From: Haplodiscus bocki
Taxonomy: Eukaryota
Assembly: GCA_965655095.1 (NCBI GenBank)
Contig: OZ296658.1
Location: 16,864,001-16,928,000 of the forward strand
Direction of reading: 5' to 3'
Length of the DNA: 64,000 bases
Under the pieces are notes generated by a model that was not told where the DNA came from, searched no databases, and saw only the letters and a list, made by a program, of their open reading frames with translations. The position numbers were made by a program, and so were the translations under genes. Of the stretch, positions 23,001-36,327 are shown piece by piece (position 1 is the first letter of the stretch; every line of letters starts with the position of its first letter).

Positions 23001-26000
23001 ACCGCTTGGATTTAACAAACACTGGTAAAGCAAAACACATTTTTTACAATTCTAATGTGGTTAGACACAACGATATTGAGAGATCATTTTGTTCCAAGAC
23101 TCAAACTTTGTTTCTATCCAAGGTTCCATTTTACTCTCAATTTAGTAGCACAAAAATACACTGCTTTGCTCTACTTGAGGCAAATTATTAACAAAACTAA
23201 CGTAATTCATTTTTCAAAAACTTCTGTCAACGTTATCAAATAATACATGCGACAGTGTCAAAAAAGTAATTTTCTCTGTTTTTGCGCCAATAAACCAACT
23301 CAAACCTCTTAACACGCCTTGATATTGCTTTTAGAAAGATTCACTGATCTTCCGACACCAATATGGGTGAACTGCAACGCATTCTTTGGCAGAACAAAAC
23401 TTCGATCAATGTAAACAGTGAAAATTTTTTCATTTTTCGAAGTACTTGGGAAACCAAAAGTGCTTGCAAACATGCCAAATCGAAGTGCAATAGGGCATGC
23501 AACTTTGTGAAAGAACGGCAACAATAACTGAAAAACTTTGTTTCCAATCAAGATGTTCTCTACAATTGATAGATATTTTTACACAGTTCGCTAGCAAGAT
23601 TTCCGTGTGCTTTCTTGTAACAAGTTTCCAGGGAAACTTTCATCAACAATCCTGAAGAAAACAACTTTTCCTTGAACTCATGTTCTAGGAAACTTTTTTG
23701 AGAGGGTCAACTGGAAGCAACAATCGTCTTTTCGATTTCATATAAAGTGCATGTTCAAAATAACGGCCAGGTTATGAAGTAATTGGATTTTTTAAGCCTT
23801 CCTTATAGAATTATATTATCCCCCAAATTAACACTAGCAGCTTTTCCTCAAAAAGTTGGCTGTCGCCACCATCTCGAGATTTGTACCACTTACAATTGCA
23901 GAAAATCTCGAAAAACTTCACTAAAGAAACAGATTAAGATCAGTTGTCTCACTTAAAACTTTGTATAAATTTATCTGAATGAACGACGTCAACAATTATC
24001 AAAAGCTCTAATTGCAAAGTTCGACAAATGATTTTGTTCGAGAGATTACAATGAAAAAGAAAGATTGCTTTTGAATCTATCAGAAGATAACCTCTCTACG
24101 ATGAGGTAGTGAAACAGATAAGCTGACTTCACCGAAAAACATGAGTCCCTTCAATCCTTTACTGTGCACTTGCAAAGATTTTTGCACATAACGAACCTTT
24201 ACTCCATTTTTCTTCGTGCACAAAGTGATTGAAAGTTAAAAACATTTGCTAATAAATTGAGTACCGGAATAAACATCTAACTTGTCCTAAACTGTTGTAA
24301 AACTCTTGGTGCTAAATGACTTCAGGGTCAGATCTTTTAGTGGTTTGAATACAGAGGAAACGGTTCTGTTACTTAATGACTCATCCCTTACGGTAGAGAT
24401 ATGATTGGGTAAAGCTCAGTAAACACTTCGCTTTTCTCACAATTTTGTAATAAAAAATACATTCGCCAGTATCAATGTGGCATGGCGTAGGTTTAAGACA
24501 TTTATGGAGATAGGTAATGGCCATGTTTTTGTGGTAACTTGTCGTTTATGGTCCTAAGACAATGTAAATGGAAAAAATTAACAAGTTTCAGCAAAAGATT
24601 AGTGATTAAGACGACAAAAAAACAATAATCTTTTCTATTTTTTTTACCTTCCTCCAAGGTGTCTACTTTTCGAAGCAAATCACTGCTGTTATTTTGGTCC
24701 GTAAAATTAGGGAACCCACTATTCACTATTACGTCCACAAGAAATATTAGAAATTCAGTTTTGTAATACCTTTCGACACTGCTAAAGAGCACCAAAAAGT
24801 TTTTGCCTTGTAAGAGGTTCAAAAGTCTTGAGGAAATTGAACGGAAGGTAAATTGGAGAGTTGTGCGAATTTCAGGGCTGTGATGAAATCAGAGCATTCA
24901 TGGAAAATGAATGAAAGATTCCATCAGCGAATAATTTTTTCCAAATTTCAAAGGAACATCTAAACATAGTCAAAACCACAAAACGTGTCTTTTTTGATAA
25001 ATCAGCTATCGAAAGGAACCAAAAAACAAAGCACAATCGCAGAAAGATCGCAAAAATGTTTCCTATAACCTGGAAAAATTTCAAAATCGATAATATTTGT
25101 TTTCGGCCCATTGTCAGACGAAATTGAGACAAGATCCCGACTCGCAAATCGAAAGTTCAGTTTTTTCTGAAAACAACAACAAAAAAGCAACTTCTGGGGA
25201 AGAAGATGACGTTGTGTACAACAACATGACATAGCTAACCCCGATTATCACAGCTTTGAATCAACAAAAATCGCTAAAGCTAAATTCATTTTCTAACTTC
25301 TTATTGTGCGTAGGCATATCGATATTGACAGATAATTTTGTTCTAATACTCAAACATAGTTCTGATCCAAGGTTTCGTGGTTAGCCAAGGCTGGTGGCCT
25401 AATTTTATACTATTCTGGTGTACTTGATGCCAAATAACAACAATACTAACATAACCTAATTTTTTAAAACTTCGGACAACTTTACCAAATAAAACATGTG
25501 ACAAAGACAAGAAAAAACTCCATTTTTTCATGAGTTTTCGCTCATAAACATGCCTGAACTACATGATGCACCCTGAAACGGCATACAGTATGCCTCAATC
25601 TGCTTCCGACACCAAAATGGTTTACTTGCAAAGTCTTCATTATCAGTAAAAAACTTCGATCAATGTACACAGTGAAGGTTTATCAATTGACTAAAACTTT
25701 TTCAAAGTACTCGAAAAACCAAAAATGCTTGCAAACATGCCAAATGGAAATGCCAGGAGGAAATTTGGGCAGGGGTTGCCCCCTGTGAGTGTCACTTTGA
25801 AAAAAATGAGCGAAAATGGCAGAGACTCAAAAACGAAATTCAAAAAATTCGAAAAAAACGTCAATTTCTCCAAGACTTTTCACCCACTTTCCACACCTGA
25901 CCCCTTTACAGAAGCGCCAGACAATGCTCGACAATATTGCAGTCCTGTGCGGAAGCGCTCCGAGCCTCCCAAAAAAAGTTATGGGCCAAAAAGTGTCAAA

Positions 26001-26263
26001 ATTATGCAAAAACACCAATTTTGGCACCAAAAATCGTCATTTTGGTCAACAAAAAATGTTTTATTCGAAAAACGTCAGCAGGAACTTCTTCTTATATCAT
26101 CATTTGGTGGCCGCATGCAAAATTTGAGGCGAATCGTATGGTTCAACTCTGAGATCGTGATTTTTGTCAAAGTTTTCTATGCGTAAGCTAAAGACATAGA
26201 GAGGGCCAACAGGACCCTACCCGTTGGCCCAAGTATAAGAGGGGGGAAAGGCCCCCGCCCACC
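20027..26263. mobile_element. Non-autonomous 6.2-kb unit, copy 1 (6237 bp)
   Basis: Left end TAGACAACGGGT...TAGGGCTTTAG plus a GC hairpin. Right end CAGGACCCTACCCGTTG...GGGGG/CCCCC hairpin and GCCCACC. Co-linear with the other three copies. Confidence 0.88.
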
Positions 26264-29200
26264 GAGACAACGGGTGGGCCCCCCTAAAGGATAGGGCTTT
26301 AGTTGAGACGATCGGCGCGCGACAGCGCGCCAACGGACTTTCGAGTGTTGCACCGAAGTTCGACAAGCGTTTAACTCATTGAGCGTATGAAAAGTTTGCG
26401 TGCTCCCATTGAGAAAAAAATCCATTAGGTTGATAAAAATGGAATTTCTTGTTGCTATTATTTTTTGCTTTGCTAAAAAAATTGAATTCCGACTCTGTTG
26501 AAAGCAACACATGCTATCTAAACGCTCCATCCTGATCATATCATGCAATTGTTTCAGATCATTACGACAGTTCCCTGTTGAACACGTAAATATCATCAAC
26601 ACAAATTTTTCCCCATCTGAAATTTTATAAATCGGATAAGTTTTCAGGCGACATTGTAAATGCACCGTAATGTTGTATTTCAAAGAACATGGAGCCTTTT
26701 AAAGAGAAAGTAGCAGGCCTTTCCCACAAAAGTTAAACATAGGGGCTGCTCCAATTTCCGGAGGTGATGCATTGGAGAACAGCGTGAAATCAAACGTAAA
26801 ATATGGACGACCGCTAAAACCCATCACAAAATTCCCTTCATACCAACTCATCGTTTCACGTTTCAGAGTGTGAATCATTACCAAGCGATGCAGCAGCGAA
26901 AGGAAAACAAGACTATACAGAGTAGAGCGGGCAGCTTTTGTAGCGCGTTCTCACATTGGTTTGAAAACTCAGTAGGTAGATCAAAATATAATCTGTAGAT
27001 GCTGTTATTTTGTGATTTTGCTTTTACAAAAGTGTAATCCGACACGTTACAAAGAAATACGCGCTTTCTGAAGCCCGTTCCTGATCAATTGATCCGTTTT
27101 TTTTCAGAACAATACTACAGTTCCCAGTTAAACACGTAAACACCGTGTACACTTTTTATGGATCTCAATTTTTACAATTCGGATAAACAATCAAGGAACA
27201 AAGTTGAGAAGACTTCGTGGTGTAGTTCAAAGGACATGAAGCTATATATTCCGAATGTACCAAGCATTTTCCCCACAAGACAAAATTGGGAACTGCTATT
27301 TTTTCAGGTGGTGATGCATTGGAGAACAGCGTGAAAACCAACATGAAAATTGAACGACCGCTAAGATACATCAGATAAACTTACTCATGTTAGCAGAATG
27401 TTTTCACAGTGTAAATCATTAGCAAGCGATGCTGCCGGGAAAGGAAAACAAGGCAATACGGAGTAGAGAGGGCAGCTTTTGTCGCCCAGAGCGACAAAAG
27501 CTGCATTAAAGCATTTAACTTAGTTGAAAGAATTGCGAAAAAAAATAGAAAACTTTGTTTTCCATTCAATTATTTCTACACGTTTTTGATGTTCTTACAA
27601 AATTCGATAGCAAGTTTTTCCGGTCGTCATCTTGTAACAAGCATCCAGGAAACATTCATCAACAATCCCGACAAAAAGAGCTTCTCCGCGAATCCATGTT
27701 TTATGAAAAACTTGAGACGTTGAATCGCAAAAAAAAGTTCTTCTTTTCTGATTTCATAACAAGCGAACGGTAGTTTGAAGGGCTAGGGTTTGGATGAGTT
27801 GGAAAGTTTATTAGCCTTTCTCAAAAGAAAGTCATTCTCTACATTAAAACCAGCAGCATTTGTTCGAAAAGAACGCCGTCGCCTCAGTCGCGAAATTTGT
27901 ACCTCTTGCACTGATAAGAATTTATCAAAATCCTCATAACTGATGGAAACACGTTGAGATTAGTTGCCTGATCTACAACTCTTCTGTGTATTCCTCTAAA
28001 TGAATGAAATCAACAATTAGTGAGAGCCGTAATTCGAAAGTTCAACCAAAGACATTGTTGTGCTGAATAAAAATAAGCGAAAAATTTGAGTTTTGATCGA
28101 TCGGAAAATCATCCCATTGCACTGACGCCGTGAAACAAAAATAATATTTGCTCGAAAAAATGAGTCCGAGCAAAAGATTAGAGTCACTTGCATTGCTTAT
28201 AAAATTAAAGAACGTTCGTTCCGTTTTTATAGTGCACAACTTGATTCAAAGTTTTAATCAATTACACGCAGGAAACTGAGCATTTATATATCTAACTTTT
28301 CCTTCACTGCTCAAAAAACTTTTCCGTGCCAAACGATTTCGGAAAAACGAATCTATACAAGTTTATATGCAGAGGAGGCGATTCTGTTGCTTAGCCGTTC
28401 ATCCGTTGCGGTAAAATTTTGAATGGATGAAGTTCAATGGCTACTTCTTTAATTTCATGAATTCATAGTGAGAACTGCATTTGACGATGACAATACCGCA
28501 TAGCGTAATTCTAAGACATCTATAGTGATAGTGAACCGCCATTATTTTGTGGTAAACTGTCGTTTAGGGTGCAAAAATAATGTGAAGGAGTAAAGATTTT
28601 TCAACAAGGTATGAGTAATTAGGAAGGAAAATATTGATTGTTCTTTTTTACCTGGTATAAATCCATTGAAGGTGCCCAGTTTTTGAAACAAAAGAACGCT
28701 GTAAATGTGATCCGCAGCAAAAAGGAACCCAATTATTATTTCCGCAAGAAAGATTAGAATTTCACTTCTGCAATAACTTTTGACACGGCCATAAATGACC
28801 AAAGTGTGTTTCCGATTCTAAGAGTTTCCAATGTGTCGTGGAAACTGAGCTGAAAGTGTAATGTAGAGTTAGTTGACGTCTGGAGGGTATTTTTTATCAG
28901 ATCGTTCATGGAAAAAGAATGAAGGATTCCAATTTTTCTAGTTTTCAAGAGACTGTCTAAACATAATCAAAGAAAAAAGACGTACTTTTTCAAATATTAG
29001 CTGCCATAAGAACAATAGAGCAATGCACTACTACATATAGATCTCCCAAAAGGTTTCAATTGCCAATGAAAAATTTCGAAATTGATAGGCTTTGAATTCA
29101 TCTTTTTAACAGACGGCATTGTACCAAAACTCGGATTCACTAAAGAAAAACTCGGTCTTTTCCGAAAACAACGACAACAAGGCTACTTTTGGAGACAGAT

Positions 29201-32200
29201 GATCTGACTTTTAACAATTTGACACAAGTGACACCCGATCATCACCGCTTGGATTTAACAAACACTGGTAAAGCAAAACACATTTTTTACAATTCTAATG
29301 TGGTTAGACACAACGATATTGAGAGATCATTTTGTTCCAAGACTCAAACTTTGTTTCTATCCAAGGTTCCATTTTACTCTCAATTTAGTAGCACAAAAAT
29401 ACACTTCTTTGCTCCACTTGATGCAATTTTTTAACAAAACTAAAGTAATTCATCTTTCAAAAACTTCGGTCAACGTTATCAAATAATACATGCGACAGTG
29501 TCAAAGAAGTAGATTTCTCTGTTTTTGAGCCAATAAACCAACTCAAACCTCTTAACACGCCTTGATATTGCATTTAGAAAGACTCACTGATCTTCCGACA
29601 CCAATATGGGTGAACTGCAACGCATTCTTTGGCAGAACAAAACTTCGATCAATGTAAACAGTGAAAAACTATTCATTTTTCAAAGTACTTGGGAAACCAA
29701 AAGTGCTTGCAAACATGCCAAGTGGAAGTGCAATAGGGCATGCAACTTTGTGAAAGAACTGCAACAATAACTGAAAAACTTTGTTTCCAATCAAGATGTT
29801 CTCTACAAATGATAGATATTTTTACACAATTCGCTAGCAAGATTTCCATGTGCCTTGTTGTAACAAGTCCTCCATGGAAACTTTCATTAACAATCCTAAA
29901 GAAAACGACTTTTCCTTGAACTCATGTTCTACGAAACTTTTTTGAGAGGGTCAACTGGAAGCAGCAATCTTCTTTTCGATTTCATATAAAGTGCATGTTC
30001 ATATTAACGGCCAAGTTAAGAAGGAATTGGAATTTTTTAGCCTGCCTTATAGATTTATATTATCCCCCAATATAACACTAGCAGTTTTTCCTCGAAAACT
30101 TGGCTGTCGCCACAATCTCGAGATTTGTACCACTTACAATTGCAGAAAATCTCGAAAAACTTCACTAAAGAAACAGATTAAGATCAGTTGTCTCACGTAA
30201 AACTTTGTATAAATTTATCTGAATGAACGACGTCAACAATTATCAAAAACTCTAATTGCAAAGTTCGACAAATGATATTGTTCGGGAGATTACAATGAAA
30301 AAGAAAGATTGCTTTTGAATCTATCAGAAGATAACCTCTCTACGATGAGGTAGTGAAACAAATAGGCTGACTTCACCGAAAAACATGAGTCCGTTCAATC
30401 CTTTACTGTGCACTTGCAAAGATTTTTGCACATAACGAACCTTTACTCCATTTTTCTTCGTGCACAAATTGATTGAAAGTTAAAAACATTTGCTAATAAA
30501 TTGAGTACCGGAATAAACATGTAACTTGACCTAATTTGTTGTAAAACTGTTGGTGCTAAATGACTTCAGGGTCAGATCTTTCAGTGGTTTGAATACAGAG
30601 GAAACGGTTCTGTTACTTAATGGCTCATCCCTTACGGTAGAGCTATGATTGGGTAAAGCTCAGTAAACACTTCGCTTTTCTCAAAATTTTGTAATATAAA
30701 CTACATTCGCCAGTATCAATGTGGCATGGCGTAGGTTTAAGACATTTATGGAGATAGGTAATGGCCATGTTTTTGTGGTAACTTGTCGTTTATGGTCCTA
30801 AGACAATGTAAATGGAAAAAAAATAACAAGTTTCAGCAAAAGATGAGTGATTAAGACGACAAAAAAAACAATAATCTTTTCTATTCTTTTTACCTTCCTC
30901 CAAGGTGTCTACTTTTCGAAGCAAATCACTGCTGTTATTTTGGTCCGTAAAATTAAGGAACCCACTATTCACTATTACGTCCGCAAGAAAGATTAGAAAT
31001 TCAGTTTTGTAATACCTTTCGACACTGCTAGAGAGCACCAAAAAGTTTTTGCCTTGTAGGAGGCTCAAAAGTCTTGAGGAAATTGAATGGAAGGTAAATT
31101 GGAGAATTGTTCGAATTTCCGGGCTGTGATGAAATCAGAGCATTCATGGAAATTGAATGAAAGATTCCATCAGCGAATAATTTTTTCCAAATTTCAAAGG
31201 AACATCTAAACATAGTCAAAACCACAAAACGTGTCTTTTTTGATCAATCAGCTATCGAAGGGAACAAAAAAGCAAAGCACAATCGCAGAAAGATCGCAAA
31301 AATGTTTCATATGCCCTGGAAAAATTTCAAAATCGATAATATTTGTTTTCGGCCCATTGTCAGACGAAATTGAGACAAGATCCCGACTCGCAAATCGAAA
31401 ATTCAGTTTTTTCTGAAAACAATAACAAAAAAGCAACTTCTGGGGAAGAAGATGACGTAGTGTACAACAGCATGACATAGCTAACCCCGATTATCACAGC
31501 TTTGAATCAACAAAAACCGCTAAAGCTAAATTCATTTTCTAACTTCTTATTGTGCTTAGGCACATCGATGTTGACAGATAATTTTGTTCTAATACTCAAA
31601 CATAGTTCTGATCCAAAGTTTCGTGGTTAGCCAAGCCTGGTGGCCTAATTTTATACTATTCTGGTGTACTTGATGCGCCAAATAACAACAATAATAACAT
31701 AATTTAATTTTTTAAAACTTCGGACAACTTGACCAAATAAAACATGTGATAAAGACAAGAAAAAACTCCATTTCTCCTGAGTTTTCGCTCAAAAACGAGC
31801 CTGAACTACATGATGCACCCTGAAACGGCATACAGTATGCCTCAATCTGCTTCCGACACCAAAATGTGTTACCTGCAAAGTCTTCATTATCAGTACAAAA
31901 CTTCGATCAATGTACACAGTGAAGGTTTATCAATTGACTAAAACTTTTTCAAAGTACCTCGGAAACCATAAATGCTTGCAAACATGCCAAATGGAAATGC
32001 CAGGAGGAAATTTGGGCAGGGGTTGCCCCCTGTGAGTGTCACTTTGGAAAAAATGAGCGAAAATGGCAGAGACTCAAACTGGAAATTCAAAAAAATCGAC
32101 AAAAAACGTCAATTTCTCCAAGACTTTTCATCCGATATCAAAACCTCACCCCTCCACAGAAGCGCCAGACAATGCTCAACAATATTGCCGTCCTGTGCGG

Positions 32201-32511
32201 AAGCGCTCCGAGCCTCCCAAAAAAAGTTATTGACCAAAAATCGTCAAAAAATGGCAAAGACACCAATTTTGGCACCAAAAATCGTCATTTTGGTCAACAA
32301 AAAATGTTTTAATCGAAAAACGTCAGCAGGAACTTCTTCTTATATCATCATTTGGTGGCCGCATGCAAAATTTGAGGCGAATCGTATGGTTCAACTCTGA
32401 GATCGTGATTTTTGTCAAAGTTTTCTATGCGTAAGCTAAAGACATAGAGAGGGCCAACAGGACCCTACCCGTTGGCCCAAGTATAAGAGGGGGGAGAGGC
32501 CCCCGCCCACC
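26264..32511. mobile_element. Non-autonomous 6.2-kb unit, copy 2 (6248 bp)
   Basis: Co-linear with copy 1 over its full length, with scattered substitutions and the same ends. Confidence 0.88.
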
Positions 32512-34384
32512 TAGACAACGGGTGCGCCCAAAATGGTGTAGGGCTTTAGTTGAGACGATCGGCGCGCGACAGCGGGCCAACGGACTTTCGAGTGTTGCAC
32601 CGAAGTTCGACAAGCGTTTAACTCATTGAGCTTATGAAAAGTTTGCGTGCTCCCACTGAGAAAAAAATCCATTAGGTTGATAAAAATAGAAATTCTTGTT
32701 GCTACTATTTTTTGCTTTGCCAAAAAACACTTCCGACTCTGTTGAAAGCAATTTATGCAATATAAACGCTCCATCCTGATCAATTCATGCAATTGTTTCA
32801 GAACATTACGACAGTTCCCTGTTAAACACGTAAATATCATCAACACAAATTTTTCCGCATCTGAAATTTTATAAATCGGATAAGTTTTCATGCGACATTG
32901 TAAATGCACCGTAATGTTGTATTTCAAAGAACATGGAGCCTTTTAAAGAGAAAGTAGCAGGCCTTTCCCACAAAAGTTAAACTTAGGGGCTGCTACAATT
33001 TCAGGAGGTGATGCATTGGAGAACAGCGTGCAATCAAACGTAAAATATGGACGACCGCTGAAACCCATCACAAAATTCCCTTCATATCAACTCATCGTTT
33101 CACGTTTCAGAGTGTGATTCAGTACCAAGCGATGCAGCAGCGAAAGGAAAACAAGACTATACAGATTAGAGCGGGCAGCTTTTGCCGCGCGTTCTCCCAT
33201 TGGTATGAAAACTCAGCAGGTAGATCAGAATATAATCTGTGATGCTGTTATTTTGTGATTTTGCTTTTACAAAAGTTTAATCCGACACGTTACAAAAAAG
33301 TACGCGCTTTCTGAAGCCCGTTCCTGATCAATTCATCCATTTTGTTTTCAGAACGATACTACAGTTCCCTGTTAAACACGTAAACATCGTGAACATTTTT
33401 TTATGGATCTCAATTTTTACAATTCGGATAAACAATCATGGAACAAAGTGGAGAATACTTCGTGGTGTAGTTCAAAGGACATGAAGGTATATATTGCGAA
33501 TGTACCAAGCTTTTTCCCCACCAGACAAAATTGGGAACTGCTATTTTTTTTAGGTGGTGATGCATTGGAGAACAGCGTGAAAACCAACATGAAAAATGGA
33601 CGACCGCTATGATACATCAGATGAACTTCCTCATGTTAACAGAATGTTTAAAGTTTCACAGTGTAAATCATTAGCAACCGATGCAGCGGGGTAAGGAAAA
33701 CAAGGGAATACGGAGTAGAGAGGGCAGCTTTTGTCGCCCAGGGCGACAAAAGCTGCATTAAAGCATTTAACTTAGTGAAAGAATTGCAATTAAAGCTGGA
33801 AAACTTTGTTTTCCATTCAATTATTTCTACATGTTTTTAATATTCATACAAAATTTGATAGCAAGTTTTTCCAGTCGTCATCTTGTAACAAGCATCCAGG
33901 AAACAATCATCAACAAACCAGACAAAAACAGCTTCTCCGCGAATCCATGTTTTATGAAAAACTTTAGACGTGTAATCGCAAAAAAACTTCCTCTTTTTTG
34001 ATTTCAGAACAAGCGAACGCTAGTTTGAAGGGCTAGGGTTTGGATGAATTGGAAAGTTTATTAGCCTTTCTCAAAAGAAAGTCATTCTCTACATTAACAC
34101 CAGCAGCATTTGTTCGAAAAGAACGCCGTCGCCTCAGTCGCGAAATCTGTACCTCTTGCACTGATAAGAACTTATCAAAATCCTCATAACTGATGGAAAC
34201 ACGTTAAGATCAGTTGCCTGATCTACAATTCTTCTGTGTATTCCTCTATATGAATGAAATCAACAACTAGTGAGAGCCGTAATTGGAAAGTTCAACCAAA
34301 GACATTGTTCGGCTGAATAAAAATAAGCAAAAAATTTGAGTTTTAATCGATCGGAAAATCATCCCATTGCAGTGACGCCGTGAA

Positions 34385-35020
34385 TCAAAAAAGTTCCTCG
34401 TTGACACAGTTGACCATCTCCGCAAGAGGCATACCCTGTTTGAAAGCGTTGAAATTTCTCAGCCTTTCTGGTACATCAGTGAAAACAGGAACACTTACCA
34501 AGTCCATTCTACTCCAAAAAACCAAATTTTCACATGCTGTTTTCTTCAGCCAACTCGATCTCAACGAAAAAGGAATAAATTGCCAAAAGTTGCAAGTGAT
34601 ATTCTCGTCCGTAAGCATTTTCCAGAAAACTGCTGGCCAAGCAGATTTGAAAGCGGCACTTTTGTTGTACGAAGGGTTAGATGGTTTCATAAATGCGCTA
34701 CAAAATTGACAGAGAGTAATATTGCTGGATGTTTTGCCGGAGCCAAATTTCTGTCGATTTACTATGCTGGTGCCTTCTACTGTTTCAAACTGTAAGGGAA
34801 AAACCTGAGTCAAAATACGATGACAACTGTGACTGGTCCTTTCATCGGGAAAATTTATAGATGATTCATCATCCTGGGGAGGCGACAAAATGGAATTTTC
34901 GAATATACCTGGGTCCGAGACTCGATCTTTGTTTGCCTCACACTTTGAACAATAACCAGTAGCAGTATAAACTCGGCCAAAAGGTCGACACTTCGAAAGA
35001 GGAGGTCGTTTTCGACCCAT
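34385..35020 (-). pseudogene. Truncated N-terminal fragment of a second, different RepHel-type polyprotein
   Basis: LCQFCSAF...SAAFKSAWPAVFWKML...FIPFSLRSSW...VFTDV parallels VCQFCLRY...SAAAWKDAWPTVLSSLI...MIPSEIKQSW...LVSDT in ORF 16935-17627. The ORF stops at the junction with the host unit. Confidence 0.75.
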
Positions 35021-35727
35021 GACATCAGCAAAAACTGAAAAATCCGCGCATGCCGAACAATTAGTTTTCGGATTGTTAGTGTTGCAAATTGATAAGCCAC
35101 TTTTTCAGTTGACCTTCCGGAACCAAAACGAGGAGATTTAGCTTCTATGGATTGTTTTTGTCACCGATAAAAGGCCACTTTCGCAGTCGGCCTTTCGGAA
35201 AAAAACGCCGATTTGGAAGTTTAATTTTGGAACTATGGATTCAAAGCGCTTTTTAAGCGAACGAAAGTCTATCCTGGAGAACTATAATGATTTTGTCCAA
35301 TCAAAAACAGCGCCTCCACGTCTCCGTTTTCTTTTGATGAGGGGAGCTGTTTTTAAAACGTCCAAAGCACATTTTCTAAATATCCGTGGGAACAAACAAT
35401 AAAACTTATAGGCCACTTTTAAAAGTCGACCGCACTACTATTTAATCCTGTTGGCTGAAGATGAAAAGAACCATCGTAATGAACACAGTAAATTGATGGG
35501 GAAAGAGCAATTTTCCAATTCATAAACTAATACCAAAACAACAAATCAAAAACTAGAAATCTTCAAAAAAATTTCAACAGATGAATTCGGAAATAGTTGC
35601 TTGGCAGTTGTAACAAACAATTCGGTATAGATAGGAAAGATACAATCGAAAACAGCTGCATACAGGCTTTCAAAAAGAGAGATACTTAACCCTCTAAAGA
35701 CGAGCTGAAAATCGAACAATTTTTTGT

Positions 35728-36327
35728 CTAAATCCGATCATTCAGCTTTACAGATTGAGGAAAGAATGCAGTATACTCACGGAAAATTTTGTTGATAACT
35801 ATGGATCTCAATTGGCTCCGTCCGAACTGGCTTAGATGTATATGATCATCTCCAACAATGAACTTACTGCTTAACTTGGAGCCCACACCCACAAACTTGT
35901 ACACACCAGTTGCACTAAGCCGAAGAGCATTGTTGAGTTTTTTTATAGCAAAAAACACTTCATCGTTGATCGTTCGATGTGGCACTCCCAAAACAAATAC
36001 ATTACCGTAGTATTTCAAGTACTGGGTTGCTGCCAAGATGTCAAATGTGATTTGGGGAATTGTTCTTTGCCAATGCATTCGTCCCTGTTTTGATCTACTC
36101 TGCAAGCTATTTCCCCCTATCATCACAAGAAAATAAGAATAATTTTGCAAGGGAAAATTGGAAACAATACTAGGCAAATCTTCCGCTCTGGCCCCAGGAA
36201 CACACACAATATCACAATGGTTGATAACCAAATCTCGCAAAAGAGAATCACCAACAAATACAATTTCATTTCCGGGTTGAGTTGAGTAAATCAATTCCAA
36301 TTTGAAACCATTAGAGTAAAAAAACAT
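35728..36327 (-). CDS. SGNH/GDSL hydrolase (esterase-like), 199 aa
   Basis: Intact ORF with block I VFVGDSL, block II CVPGAR, block III MIGGNSL and block V DHIHLS. Confidence 0.82.
   Translation of the reverse strand: MFFYSNGFKLELIYSTQPGNEIVFVGDSLLRDLVINHCDIVCVPGARAEDLPSIVSNFPLQNYSYFLVMIGGNSLQSRSKQGRMHWQRTIPQITFDILAATQYLKYYGNVFVLGVPHRTINDEVFFAIKKLNNALRLSATGVYKFVGVGSKLSSKFIVGDDHIHLSQFGRSQLRSIVINKIFREYTAFFPQSVKLNDRI

Noticed and set aside
25391-25398. Chi-like GCTGGTGG in the 6.2-kb units and GGTGG at junctions
   Set aside because: Chi is a bacterial RecBCD signal with no support in this eukaryotic context; the match is short and not kept in all copies.
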